NCBI GenBank assembly: GCA_032128375.1
Contig: JAQBGU010000172.1
Coordinates: 1-17,253 of the forward strand
Length of the DNA: 17,253 bases
Source: Deltaproteobacteria bacterium
Lineage (GTDB): Bacteria; Myxococcota_A; UBA9160; SMWR01
Direction of reading: 5' to 3'
Part shown: piece after piece, positions 1 through 8,982 of the stretch
How the letters are laid out: each line of letters begins with the position of its first letter
Numbering within the stretch: the stretch's first letter is position 1
Notes under the pieces: generated by a model
What the model was told of the DNA's origin: nothing
The model's database searches: none
The model's input: only the letters and a program-made list of their open reading frames with translations
Translations under genes and position numbers: made by a program

Positions 1-615
<615 letters not shown>

Positions 616-700
616 CTAGGGTGGATCGAAAGGCGGTTCCAATCGCGAACGGCAGAGGTTACCCGAAGATCTCTGCGCGGCGTATACTGGCTCTCCGTTT

Positions 701-737
701 TCGATGCCCGGGTTATCGAAGCCCAGGTTCTCGAAGC
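701..737. repeat. Degenerate 15-bp tandem repeat (~2.5 copies) overlapping a TTCGAT/ATCGAA inverted repeat, in a divergent promoter region
   Basis: tcgatgcccgggtta (701-715), tcgaagcccaggttc (716-730), tcgaagc (731-737). ttcgat at 700-705 pairs with atcgaa at 715-720. Confidence 0.55.
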
Positions 738-789
738 ACGACGCCCCGAGGCTTTCGAACTCGTCTGATCCCGATCAAGGAGCGCAGCC

Positions 790-1320
790 ATGGGCGATTC
801 CCCGACTTTCGACCCGGACCAGAGTTGGGGGGCGCTCGAGCGCCGGATGGAGACCGAACAGGATCCGCGCCGAAAGCTGCTGCTGACCCAGGTGCGCGAC
901 CACATGCGCACCGAGATCACCGGCCAGCTCGATGGCCTGATGGCGACGCTGATCGGCGAGCCCGAGTATCACTTTCGCGGGCTAGGCTTCGACATGGGAC
1001 CGAAAGGTCAATCCAACGTCTTCACCTTCTACAAGGACATGATCGCCGGCGGCGGCAACCGCTTTCAATTCGACATCCAGCGCATCGTGGTCGACGAGAA
1101 CACAGTCGTAACCGAGGGGTTCATGCGATCGCTCGCGGGTGGAGCAGACCTGATCGCAAGTGGTGTGAGCGAAGTAAGGGGCGAGCCGATTGATGCCGGT
1201 GCACGCTACGTCTCGGAGAACCTGATCCTGACCGTCTGGCCGGCTGACGCCGACGGAAGACTGGTGGGAGAAGATATCTGGTTCGGCAGTACGCCGAACC
1301 AGAATTGGAGTCGTCTGTAG
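790..1320 (+). CDS. NTF2/SnoaL-like fold protein
   Basis: 176 aa; SD AAGGAG at 777-782. Pattern 'VRDHMRTE..GQLDGLMATL..EPEYHF...GPKG..V..FY', 'FDIQRIVVDENTVVTEG' and C-terminal 'WPADADGRLVGEDIW' are typical of SnoaL/NTF2-family proteins. Confidence 0.75.
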   Translation: MGDSPTFDPDQSWGALERRMETEQDPRRKLLLTQVRDHMRTEITGQLDGLMATLIGEPEYHFRGLGFDMGPKGQSNVFTFYKDMIAGGGNRFQFDIQRIVVDENTVVTEGFMRSLAGGADLIASGVSEVRGEPIDAGARYVSENLILTVWPADADGRLVGEDIWFGSTPNQNWSRL

Positions 1321-1382
1321 TTTGGGTCGCAGTCAGTTTGGGTCGCAGTCAGTTTGGGCCGCAGTCAGTTCAGGTCGCAGTC
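1319..1382. repeat. 16-bp tandem repeat, 4 copies
   Basis: agtttgggtcgcagtc (1319-1334), an identical copy (1335-1350), agtttgggccgcagtc (1351-1366), agttcaggtcgcagtc (1367-1382). No spacers; lies between convergent genes. Confidence 0.95.
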
Positions 1383-1416
1383 GTCGGGCGCATGCTGGCT
1401 GGCTGGTATTACCGAG

Positions 1417-1433
1417 AGCGGCGAAGAGCCGCT
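1417..1433 (-). terminator. Short hairpin at the 3' end of the SDR gene
   Basis: agcggc-gaaga-gccgct overlapping the SDR stop codon; no clear U-tract. Confidence 0.3.
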
Positions 1434-2262
1434 ATTCGCTCCGCAACATGTTTTCCAGCAGCTTCGCTGTTTCGGGGTCGGCGTCACCCGCTCCAACGCC
1501 GATTCCGATACTGGCGGTCATGCCGCCGTCGATCGGGTACGCGGCCCCGGTGATGAACGCCGACTGATCGCTCGCGAGGAACGCGACGAGCGCTGCGACT
1601 TCGGGCGCTTCACCGACACGGCCGAGCAGATGCCCCTTCGCGAGAATGCCCTGCGTGATCTGCTTGACGCCGTGGACCGGTCCGAGCAGCGGTGTGTCGA
1701 TTACACCGGGACACACCGCGTTGACGCGAATCTGGTGCTCCGCGAACTCGCTCGCCGCGGCCTTCATCAGTCCGACGACTCCGTGTTTGGTCGCGTAGTA
1801 GGACGGCATCCCCGCGCCACCCCGCAAGCCAGCGACCGACGCGGTCACCACGATCGAACCGCCACCGGCTGCGATCATCGCCGGCGCGACCGCGCGCATA
1901 CCGAAGAAGACACCGGACAGGTTGACGGCAAGCACCTTGTTCCAGGTTTCGATGTCGCCGTCGAGGATCGACGATCCCACTGCGATTCCGGCATTCAGAT
2001 GCGCGACATCGACTCCACCGAAGCGCTCGATGGCGGCCGCCACCATGGCATCGTTGGCGTCGGCCGACGTGACGTCGGTGCTGACCGCGAACGCTTCACC
2101 ACCGGCCTCGTCGATTTCCTTCGCAACCGATTCTGCCGCCTCGCCATTGACGTCTGCCACGCAGACGCGCGCCCCTTCGGCCGCAAATTTCTTCGCGGTC
2201 GCCCGCCCGATTCCCGACCCGCCACCGGTCACAACCGCACGCCGTCCCTCAAGCATCGCCAT
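1432..2262 (-). CDS. Short-chain dehydrogenase/reductase (classical SDR, probably NAD-dependent)
   Basis: TGGGSGIG Rossmann motif, acidic residue after beta2 (VADVN), LNAGI, TAS, YYATK (YxxxK), VNAVCPG, ITG..YPIDGG. Start ATG 2262 (MAMLEGRR) chosen from SD GGAGA at 2271-2275, rather than 2391. Confidence 0.93.
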   Translation of the reverse strand: MAMLEGRRAVVTGGGSGIGRATAKKFAAEGARVCVADVNGEAAESVAKEIDEAGGEAFAVSTDVTSADANDAMVAAAIERFGGVDVAHLNAGIAVGSSILDGDIETWNKVLAVNLSGVFFGMRAVAPAMIAAGGGSIVVTASVAGLRGGAGMPSYYATKHGVVGLMKAAASEFAEHQIRVNAVCPGVIDTPLLGPVHGVKQITQGILAKGHLLGRVGEAPEVAALVAFLASDQSAFITGAAYPIDGGMTASIGIGVGAGDADPETAKLLENMLRSE

Positions 2263-2316
2263 AGCCTGGTTCTCCATTGAAAGTCGCACGGAGCATAGCC
2301 GCTGCCCGGAACGCGC

Positions 2317-2353
2317 TGCCCCCGGCTGGCGCGCAACAGCCAGCCGGTGGGCA
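2317..2353. promoter_or_regulatory. 14-bp inverted repeat in the divergent SDR / acyl-CoA ligase intergenic region
   Basis: tgcccccggctggc (2317-2330), 8-nt loop, gccagccgg-t-gggca (2339-2353) with a single bulge. Confidence 0.5.
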
Positions 2354-2400
2354 CAGACAGGCGGGTCGCGATTTACCGGGCAGTCGGGCATGGTTTGGGG

Positions 2401-3894
2401 ATGGCGTTATTGGTCGGTGAGATGCTTCGGCGAAATGCCCTGATCTGTCCGGATCGGATCGCCGCTTCGCTCGGGGAGGCTTCGATCAGCCATCGCGCGC
2501 TCGACCGAGCCGGCAACGGATTGGCCATGGCGCTTCGAGAGCTCTCGATCGAACGCGGGAGTCTAGTGGTTTGCTGGGCGGATACGGGCCTCGAAGTGCT
2601 CCCGCTGTTTTCCGCATTGGCGAAATTGGGAGCGGTATTTGCGCCGTTGAATGCGCGATTGGGCATCGACGAAGCAACCGACGTGATCCGGTTTGCAAGT
2701 CCGGCTCTGCTCGTCGCCGACACGAAGCACACAGATGCTGCAGAAATCGTCGCGAAAGCCGCAAGTGTTCCGATGCTCGGTCGCATCGGCGGCGAGCCGG
2801 GGCCTGGCATCGACATGAGCCCGACGTCCGCCTCGCCGACCGACACACCGGTCGTCGAGCGCGCGCTCGTCGAGACCGACCCGCACGTGGTCTTCTTTAC
2901 CAGCGGCAGCAGCGGGCGCCCCAAAGGCGTCGTGCTGTCACATCGGGCCAATTACCTGCGTTCCTTTCAGGGCGTCTTTCGCGACGACCCCGAACGGACG
3001 GTCTGCATGTTCCCACTGTTCCACATGGCCGCGTTCACATTGGCGATGGCGGCCTGGCAAACGCGCGGTCAGATTCACTTCGTTCACAACGCCACAGCAC
3101 AGGAGCTGCTCGGCACCGTCGAACGACGCGCCGCGAACCGGCTGTACTGCATTCCGGCCGTCTGGGCGCGCATCCTCGAAGTCGACCCGAACCGCTTCGA
3201 TACCTCGACGCTGCGCGAAGTCGATACTGGAACCTCCGCTACTCCGCCTGAGCTCATCACCGCGCTCCGGGAGCGTTTCCCTAACACGGTTACGCGTATC
3301 TACTACGGGTCCACCGAATGCGGGCTGGCCACCGCATTACCGGACATCGATACCGCGCGAAAGCCGGGTAGCGTCGGAATCCCTGCTGCGGGAGTCGACG
3401 TGAAACTCAGCGAGGTCGGCGAAATCTGCGTCCGCAGCGACTACCTGATGGACGCATACTTCGAAGCGCCGACTGCGAGCGCGGAGGCGCTGCGAGACGG
3501 CTGGTACCACACCGGCGATCTCGGAGCCTTCGACGATGAAGGCTACCTGTCTGTGGTCGGGCGGCTGCGCGACATCATTCGAACCGGCGGCGAAAGCGTC
3601 GCTCCATCGGAAGTCGAAGCCGCGCTCGTCGACCATCCGGCCATCGAAGAAGTCGCCGTGGTCGGGATCCCAGACCCGCAGTGGGGCGAAGTCGTCTGTG
3701 CGGTGGTTGTGCTGCGCGAGAACCAATCGCTCTCGCTGGCGGACGTGCAGTCGCACTGCGATGGCCGACTGGCTGGCTTCAAGAGACCGCGTCGGCTCGA
3801 GTGTGTCGATGCTTTCCCGCGCACCGCTGCGACCCAGCAGGTTCAGCGTACGCTGCTCGTCGAGCGCATCCTGGCCCAACGCGTGGCCAATTGA
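2401..3894 (+). CDS. Acyl-CoA synthetase / AMP-binding (ANL) enzyme, FadD/MenE-like
   Basis: P-loop FTSGSSGRPKG, FPLFH, YGSTE, GWYHTGDLG, GR.RD.I.TGGE.V.P.EVE, DPQWGE, FKRP. Start set at ATG 2401 (MALLVGEMLRRNA); the track uses 2347. Confidence 0.93.
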   Translation: MALLVGEMLRRNALICPDRIAASLGEASISHRALDRAGNGLAMALRELSIERGSLVVCWADTGLEVLPLFSALAKLGAVFAPLNARLGIDEATDVIRFASPALLVADTKHTDAAEIVAKAASVPMLGRIGGEPGPGIDMSPTSASPTDTPVVERALVETDPHVVFFTSGSSGRPKGVVLSHRANYLRSFQGVFRDDPERTVCMFPLFHMAAFTLAMAAWQTRGQIHFVHNATAQELLGTVERRAANRLYCIPAVWARILEVDPNRFDTSTLREVDTGTSATPPELITALRERFPNTVTRIYYGSTECGLATALPDIDTARKPGSVGIPAAGVDVKLSEVGEICVRSDYLMDAYFEAPTASAEALRDGWYHTGDLGAFDDEGYLSVVGRLRDIIRTGGESVAPSEVEAALVDHPAIEEVAVVGIPDPQWGEVVCAVVVLRENQSLSLADVQSHCDGRLAGFKRPRRLECVDAFPRTAATQQVQRTLLVERILAQRVAN

Positions 3895-5156
3895 CTCGTG
3901 TGACCCGGCGGCTGAACACGAAGACCGCGGCATTCGGGATCGCGACCGCGTTGATCGGATTGATCGGTATCGAGTTCTCCGTGCGCGTCGTGTTTTCCAT
4001 CGCGACCGGAGAATCGAAACTCGGCTACGGCCTCGATTCGGGCGAACCCGACCAGAAGCCGGGGATGCTCTTCCCGAACAGAACCGACTCGACTCGCTGG
4101 CATACCGTGCTGAGTGCGGACGACAGCGAGAAAACCTTCCTCACGCACGAAACCGGCAGCTACTCGAAATACCAGCCGCACCAGTACAAACGCAATCGCG
4201 ACGAGTACGGCCATCTCAGCGATATTCACATCAACAATCTGGGCTTTCGCGGGCCCGACGTCGCGACCGAAAAATCGCCTGGCACTTTCCGGGTGCTCGT
4301 CTTGGGTGCGTCGTCGACGTTCGGCTACCGCAACCGAGACGCCGAGACCTATCCCTACTATCTGGAGCAGACCCTCAACGAACGCCTCCGAAACCGACAT
4401 CGCGACCGGCCGGAATGTTGCAAAGCGGTCGATTCGTTCGAAGTCCTGAACCTGGGAATTCCGCACCTCAACACCGCCAACATTCACTCACTGTTGGTCG
4501 CCGAAGGTCTCAGCCTCGACCCGGACCTCGTGACGTTCTACGAAGGTGCCAACGAAACGCGCCAAATCGAAGCCAGTTGGATGCAGCGGGGGCTGTCCGC
4601 CTTGGGCGATCGGCTGCTCGTTGCGCGCTTTGTCCGCTCGATGCTGCGTTCGTACCTGTCCTCGTTCGACGCCGAAGAACTCGAGCACCACGCTTCGGGC
4701 CTGAGCCATACCTTTCTGAATCACCTGTCGGCGATCGCTGACGCAACCGATGCCAGTAACGTTCACCTCTTGATCGCGTCGCAGCAGGCCAAATCGTTCC
4801 TGATCCCGAACGCCGAGATGGGTGCATTCAGCTATGCCGACGAGGTGAGCCTGGTCCGCGACAAGCTCAGCAACGAGGGGAGAATTTCGTTGAAGGAGAT
4901 GATTTTTCTGATGCACGCTGGGCTGATGCGCGATCTGCGCGAATGGACCGCCACGCGTGAGGCACTGCACGATAGCCGTGTCGCATTCGTCGACGTCGCA
5001 CACAGCTTCGATTCGCTGGGCAAGCGCGACCAGTTACTGAGTTGGGTCCACCTGACCGCCGAAGCCAACCGAATTGTCGCGTCCGAATTCGCAGGTCCCA
5101 TATTCGACCGCGCCTGCGGCGAATGGCGGGGAGCACCTGACAGCCAGGCACCATGA
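3891..5156 (+). CDS. Membrane-anchored SGNH/GDSL hydrolase-like protein
   Basis: N-terminal TM segment ending IEFSVR, INNLGFRG, block I VLGASSTFG, block II VLNLGIP, block III YEGANE, block V SWVHLT. Start is either TTG 3891 (TTGA overlap with the upstream stop) or GTG 3900. Confidence 0.82.
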   Translation: MTRVTRRLNTKTAAFGIATALIGLIGIEFSVRVVFSIATGESKLGYGLDSGEPDQKPGMLFPNRTDSTRWHTVLSADDSEKTFLTHETGSYSKYQPHQYKRNRDEYGHLSDIHINNLGFRGPDVATEKSPGTFRVLVLGASSTFGYRNRDAETYPYYLEQTLNERLRNRHRDRPECCKAVDSFEVLNLGIPHLNTANIHSLLVAEGLSLDPDLVTFYEGANETRQIEASWMQRGLSALGDRLLVARFVRSMLRSYLSSFDAEELEHHASGLSHTFLNHLSAIADATDASNVHLLIASQQAKSFLIPNAEMGAFSYADEVSLVRDKLSNEGRISLKEMIFLMHAGLMRDLREWTATREALHDSRVAFVDVAHSFDSLGKRDQLLSWVHLTAEANRIVASEFAGPIFDRACGEWRGAPDSQAP

Positions 5157-5157
5157 T

Positions 5158-5184
5158 GCGCCGCCCAATGCGACGAGGCGGCGC
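5158..5184 (+). terminator. GC-rich hairpin directly after the SGNH gene
   Basis: gcgccgcc (5158-5165) / ggcggcgc (5177-5184), a perfect 8-bp stem; no U-tract. Confidence 0.4.
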
Positions 5185-5220
5185 CGAAACAGCCCGATCG
5201 GTGTACTCTGCGGGTTCGAC

Positions 5221-5541
5221 ATGGCCGACCCCAACGATCCGCTCGATCAGCTGGCCGCGTGGCGCGCTGCTGGACGCGACACCGCGCTTGCGACCGTGGT
5301 ACGGACGTGGGGCTCGTCGCCGCGGCCGGTGGGCAGCCTGCTGGCGATCAGCGACCGAGGTGAAATGGCAGGCTCGGTGTCGGGTGGCTGCGTGGAAGCT
5401 GCGGTTGTCGAGGCAGCGGTGCGCGTGATGCGCGACGGTGCGCCACAGCTGCTCGAATTCGGTGTCAGCGACGAATCCGCCTGGTCGGTAGGTCTGACCT
5501 GTGGCGGCCAACTCGAAGTATTCGTCGAGAAGGTGGAATGA
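5221..5541 (+). CDS. xdhC: XdhC/CoxI family protein, N-terminal module (split XdhC)
   Basis: ALATVVRTWGSSPRPVGS, GSVSGGCVE and VGLTCGGQLEVFVE are XdhC_CoxI signatures. ATG 5221; ATGA overlap with the next gene. Confidence 0.9.
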   Translation: MADPNDPLDQLAAWRAAGRDTALATVVRTWGSSPRPVGSLLAISDRGEMAGSVSGGCVEAAVVEAAVRVMRDGAPQLLEFGVSDESAWSVGLTCGGQLEVFVEKVE

Positions 5542-6239
5542 AGGCTACGACGCTCGAAGCCCTGCGCGCTGCGCGCGCGGCGAAGAAGCTCACAGCGCTC
5601 GTCACGGATCTCGAGACCGGGTCGGAGACGCTCTTCATTGATGGTGAGGTGGCCGACGATTTCGCCATCAGCGACAGCCTCGCGGCCGCAGTGAGGGAAG
5701 CCTCGCGGAAGGACGCGAGCCAGGTCATCGAAGACGATTCGCGCCGCCTGTTCATCCGCGTCTTCAGTCCGCCGCAGCGCTTACTCATCATCGGGGCGGT
5801 CCACATCGCGCAAGCGCTTTCGGCGATGGCGCGCGAGGCCGGCTACGCGGTCACGCTGATCGATCCGCGCGACACCTGGGCCACTCCGGCGCGCTTCCCG
5901 GAGATCGAGATCGACCGCCGCTGGCCCGACGAAGCCATGGCTGAGCTGGCCATCGACCGGCGAACCGCACTCGTCGCGCTCAGCCACGACCCGAAACTCG
6001 ACGAGCCCGCGCTCGGCGCTGCGCTTGCGTCCGAAGCGTTCTACATCGGAGCCCTCGGTAGCCGGCGTACACATGCGCGACGTATCGACCGGCTGCGCGC
6101 AGCCGGCTTCGACGACGAACAGCTGGCACGCATCCGAGGCCCCGTCGGGCTCGACATCGGCGCCGTGTCACCCGCCGAAATCGCGGTCTCGATCCTCGCT
6201 GAAATCACGCAGCAGTTACGGGCACCCACAGCGCGCTGA
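5538..6239 (+). CDS. xdhC: XdhC family protein, C-terminal Rossmann module (split XdhC)
   Basis: RLLIIGAVHIAQAL, IDPR, LSHDPKLD, FYIGALGSRRTH, GPVGLDIGAVSPAEIAVSILAEI. Confidence 0.92.
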   Translation: MKATTLEALRAARAAKKLTALVTDLETGSETLFIDGEVADDFAISDSLAAAVREASRKDASQVIEDDSRRLFIRVFSPPQRLLIIGAVHIAQALSAMAREAGYAVTLIDPRDTWATPARFPEIEIDRRWPDEAMAELAIDRRTALVALSHDPKLDEPALGAALASEAFYIGALGSRRTHARRIDRLRAAGFDDEQLARIRGPVGLDIGAVSPAEIAVSILAEITQQLRAPTAR

Positions 6240-6268
6240 CCCGCTGAGCACGCATATCGAGGAGACCC

Positions 6269-7165
6269 ATGATCGAGACCGAAGCCTTCGGAAACACCGG
6301 ACACAACAGCACGCGCGTCATCTTCGGCGCGGCAGCCTTGGGAGCGATGCGACAGGAGCGGGCCGATGCCGTGCTCGAGACGCTGCTCGAGTTCGGCATC
6401 AACCATCTCGACTGCGCGGCCTCGTACGGCGACGCGGAGCTGCGCCTCGCCCCCTGGATGCCCGAGCACCGGGACCGCTTCTTTCTGGCGACCAAGACAG
6501 CCGAGCGCTCGGGCTCGGGCGCGCGCGACAGCCTCGAGCGCTCGCTCGAACGCATGGGTGTGGAGCAGCTAGACCTGATCCAACTTCACAACCTCACCGA
6601 CGAGGCGGGCTGGCAGTCTGCCTTCTCGACCGGCGGTGCGGTAGAGGCATTGGCCGAAGCGCGCGCCCAGGGGCGGGTCCGGTTCATTGGCGTCACCGGG
6701 CACGGCACACGCGTGGCGGCCATGCACCTGCGCAGCCTCGAGCGTTTCCCGTTCGATTCGGTACTGCTGCCGTACAACTTCTCGATGATGAACCAACCCC
6801 AGTACGCGGCGGATGCCGAAGCACTCATCGCCGTCTGTCGGGAGCGTCGAGTCGCGGTGCAGACCATCAAGTCGATCGCGCGCCGACGCTGGCAACCTGA
6901 CGATTCGTCGCCGCGCTACAGTTGGTACGAACCACTGCGCGACCCAGCAGCCCTCCGCCGTGCGGTGCACTTCGTACTGCGCCGGCCGGGCCTGTTCCTG
7001 AATACCTCGAGCGACGCAACGCTGTTGCGCATGGTTCTGGAGATCGCCGCGGACGCTGAGACAGAAGATCGAGACGCTCAGGCATTCGCGGCCGAGCTAG
7101 ACGCGGACGTGGCGCAGCAAGGCATCCAACCACTGTTTGTTCCGGGGGGCCCACAAGGGATCTGA
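6269..7165 (+). CDS. Aldo/keto reductase
   Basis: FGNTG...IFG; catalytic tetrad elements DCAASYG (D, Y), LATK (K), IQLH (H); GRVRFIGVTGH. SD GGAG at 6261-6264. Confidence 0.92.
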   Translation: MIETEAFGNTGHNSTRVIFGAAALGAMRQERADAVLETLLEFGINHLDCAASYGDAELRLAPWMPEHRDRFFLATKTAERSGSGARDSLERSLERMGVEQLDLIQLHNLTDEAGWQSAFSTGGAVEALAEARAQGRVRFIGVTGHGTRVAAMHLRSLERFPFDSVLLPYNFSMMNQPQYAADAEALIAVCRERRVAVQTIKSIARRRWQPDDSSPRYSWYEPLRDPAALRRAVHFVLRRPGLFLNTSSDATLLRMVLEIAADAETEDRDAQAFAAELDADVAQQGIQPLFVPGGPQGI

Positions 7166-7232
7166 CCGGACGGGCATTGGCCCGGGAAAAAGACTCTGAA
7201 CCCGAATGACCCCAAACCTGGAGAAAACCGTC

Positions 7233-8684
7233 TTGAGTGCAAATGAATACAGCGTGACCGAACAGAGTGCGCTTGCAGGCTGGGACGAAGAGGCCGACGT
7301 TGTGATCGTCGGTATGGGGTCGGCCGGAAGTTGCGCCGCGATCGAGGCCGCAGATGCCGGCGCGTCGGTGCTCGTACTCGAGCGCGCGAGCGGGGCGGGA
7401 GGGCTGACAGCCTCGGCCGCCGGGCACCTGTATTTGGGCGGCGGCACCCGCGTCCAAAAGGCGGTTGGCGTCGAGGATTCCGTCGAAGACATGTTCACCT
7501 ACCTGCTCGAAAACACGCCCGAACCCGACGAGGCAAAAATTCGCGCGTACTGCGATGAAAGTGTCGAGCACTTCGACTGGCTCGTGGCACACGGCGTTCC
7601 GTTCGAGGACAGCTATCACCGCGAGAAGAACGTCGTGCAGATGACAACGGAGTGCCTGATCGAATCGGGCAACGAGGCTGCCTGGCCGTTCAACCAGAAC
7701 TCGAAGCCGGCACCACGCGGCCACAAGGTGGCAATGGAGGGCGAAGCCGGCGGAGCGAAGCTGATCGAGATGCTCGTAGCGAGTGCCGAGAAAAGCGGCG
7801 TGACGGTTCAATACGACGTGCGTGTGACACAGCTGGTCCGCAACGGCGACCGCATCGTCGGCGCCGTCTACCGAACGACCCAGGGCGAGCGGACTGCCCG
7901 GGCCCGCAAGGCAGTGATTCTCGCGGCCGGCCAGTTCGGGATGAATACCGAAATGATCAACGCTCACTGTCCGCGTCTGGCCGATGACCGCGTCGAAAAA
8001 CAGGGCGGTACGTTCGACGACGGTGCAGGACATCAACTGGGCGAAGCTGCAGGCGGCGTCTGCGACCATATGGACGGCGCGCTGTTGACCTCGCCCTTCT
8101 ATCCCCCGGAACAACTTCTGTTCGGAATTCTGGTCGACAAGAACGGCAACCGCTTTGTCAACGAAGACTCCTACCATTCGAAGACCAGCATTCGCTGCAC
8201 CGAGCAGACCGATGGCATCGCATACCTGATCGCCGACGATTCATTCTACGCGTACCCGCTGTTCCAATGGCAGCCACTCATCGACGCTTGGGAGAACCTC
8301 GCGGACATGGAACGCGACCTGGGTATGCCGACCGGAGCCTTGCAGAAGACGATCGCCGACTACAACCGCTACGCCGAACAGGGCGAGGATCCGGAATTCC
8401 ACAAGACCGCGAAGTGGATGAAGCCGCTCGCAAGCCCGCCGTATGCGGCGCTCGATCTCTCGCTCGGCAAGGCCCACTACGTGGGCTTCCCGCTCGGGGG
8501 GCTCCGCGTCACGCTCGATGCCCAGGTCGTCCGAAGCGACGGCAGCGTGGTCGCCGGCTTGTACGCGGTGGGCGGATGCGCGTCGAACATTGCGCAAGAT
8601 GGGCTCGGATATTCGAGCGGCACCTGCATCGGCGAAGGGACATTCTTTGGTCGGAGGGCCGGTCGCCACGTCGCAGCGAGTTAG
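7233..8684 (+). CDS. kst4D: FAD-dependent 3-ketosteroid Delta4-(5alpha)-dehydrogenase-like flavoprotein (Rv1817/Kst4D family)
   Basis: GMGSAG FAD motif; GHLYLGGGT.VQ, KIRAYCD.SVEHF.WL, GNE..WPF...PAPRGHKV, YPP..L..GI.V.K.G.RFV.EDSYHS, D.SLGKA.Y.GF.LGGL and GGCASNIAQDG.GYSSGT..GEG.FFGRRAG match the Rv1817/Kst4D family as recalled. The Tyr of EDSY and the Tyr-x-Ser of GYSS are retained. TTG 7233 follows SD GGAG (7220-7223); ATG 7206 is an alternative start. Confidence 0.85.
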   Translation: MSANEYSVTEQSALAGWDEEADVVIVGMGSAGSCAAIEAADAGASVLVLERASGAGGLTASAAGHLYLGGGTRVQKAVGVEDSVEDMFTYLLENTPEPDEAKIRAYCDESVEHFDWLVAHGVPFEDSYHREKNVVQMTTECLIESGNEAAWPFNQNSKPAPRGHKVAMEGEAGGAKLIEMLVASAEKSGVTVQYDVRVTQLVRNGDRIVGAVYRTTQGERTARARKAVILAAGQFGMNTEMINAHCPRLADDRVEKQGGTFDDGAGHQLGEAAGGVCDHMDGALLTSPFYPPEQLLFGILVDKNGNRFVNEDSYHSKTSIRCTEQTDGIAYLIADDSFYAYPLFQWQPLIDAWENLADMERDLGMPTGALQKTIADYNRYAEQGEDPEFHKTAKWMKPLASPPYAALDLSLGKAHYVGFPLGGLRVTLDAQVVRSDGSVVAGLYAVGGCASNIAQDGLGYSSGTCIGEGTFFGRRAGRHVAAS

Positions 8685-8950
8685 GCGAGGCCCAGGCGTA
8701 TCCACCCGTTAGCGGAGTGACCTGTTTCGCATCGGGGCGACGGCGCTTGTGGAACTTCGATCCCCATGAGGTCTGTGCAATTCACACAGTAGAATTGCCT
8801 GTTGCCGCTTCATCGACTCCGCCGAGTGTCGCCTCGAATTTGCCCACAGGGTCGCGGCTGCGCTCGGGATGCGGATAGTCCGAAGAGAACAAGAACAACT
8901 CCGGGCCGGCGCTGTCGATCAGCCAGCCGACATCGTCTCCCGCCAGTGGC
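8681..8950 (-). pseudogene. 3' remnant of an amidohydrolase_2 family gene, frameshifted
   Basis: PLAGDDVGWLIDSAGPELFLFSSDYPHPERSRDPVGKFEATLGGVDEAA, then a shift near 8800 into RQFYCVNCTDLMG...TAA (8681-8683). SDYPH and FY..N..DLMG mark the C-terminal end of this family; the rest of the gene is absent. Confidence 0.75.
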
Positions 8951-8982
8951 TGTATTGGATCCGAGCGACATTGCATCACTGA

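Noticed and set aside
1319..1382. CRISPR array
   Set aside because: Units are 16 bp and directly abutting, with no spacers and no cas genes.
1354..2280. 308-aa plus-strand ORF
   Set aside because: Antisense shadow of the SDR; expected from GC-rich codon usage and has no motifs.
3536..4741. 401-aa alternative-frame ORF
   Set aside because: Arg/Ser/Pro-rich off-frame reading of the ligase and SGNH genes.
5221..6239. xdhC broken by a frameshift
   Set aside because: The clean ATGA overlap falls at the domain boundary, and two-gene XdhC arrangements are known.
7171..7190. Terminator hairpin cgggc-attg-gcccg followed by an A-run
   Set aside because: Only a 5-bp stem, and the A-run is on the wrong side to give a U-tract on either strand.
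6867..8177. 436-aa minus-strand ORF
   Set aside because: Antisense to the AKR and flavoprotein genes; no recognisable domain.
7233..8684. KstD (Delta1) or fumarate reductase flavoprotein assignment
   Set aside because: Length and motifs (GHLYLGGGT, PAPRGHK, EDSYHS, NIAQDG.GY.SG) fit the Delta4-(5alpha)/Rv1817 group better.
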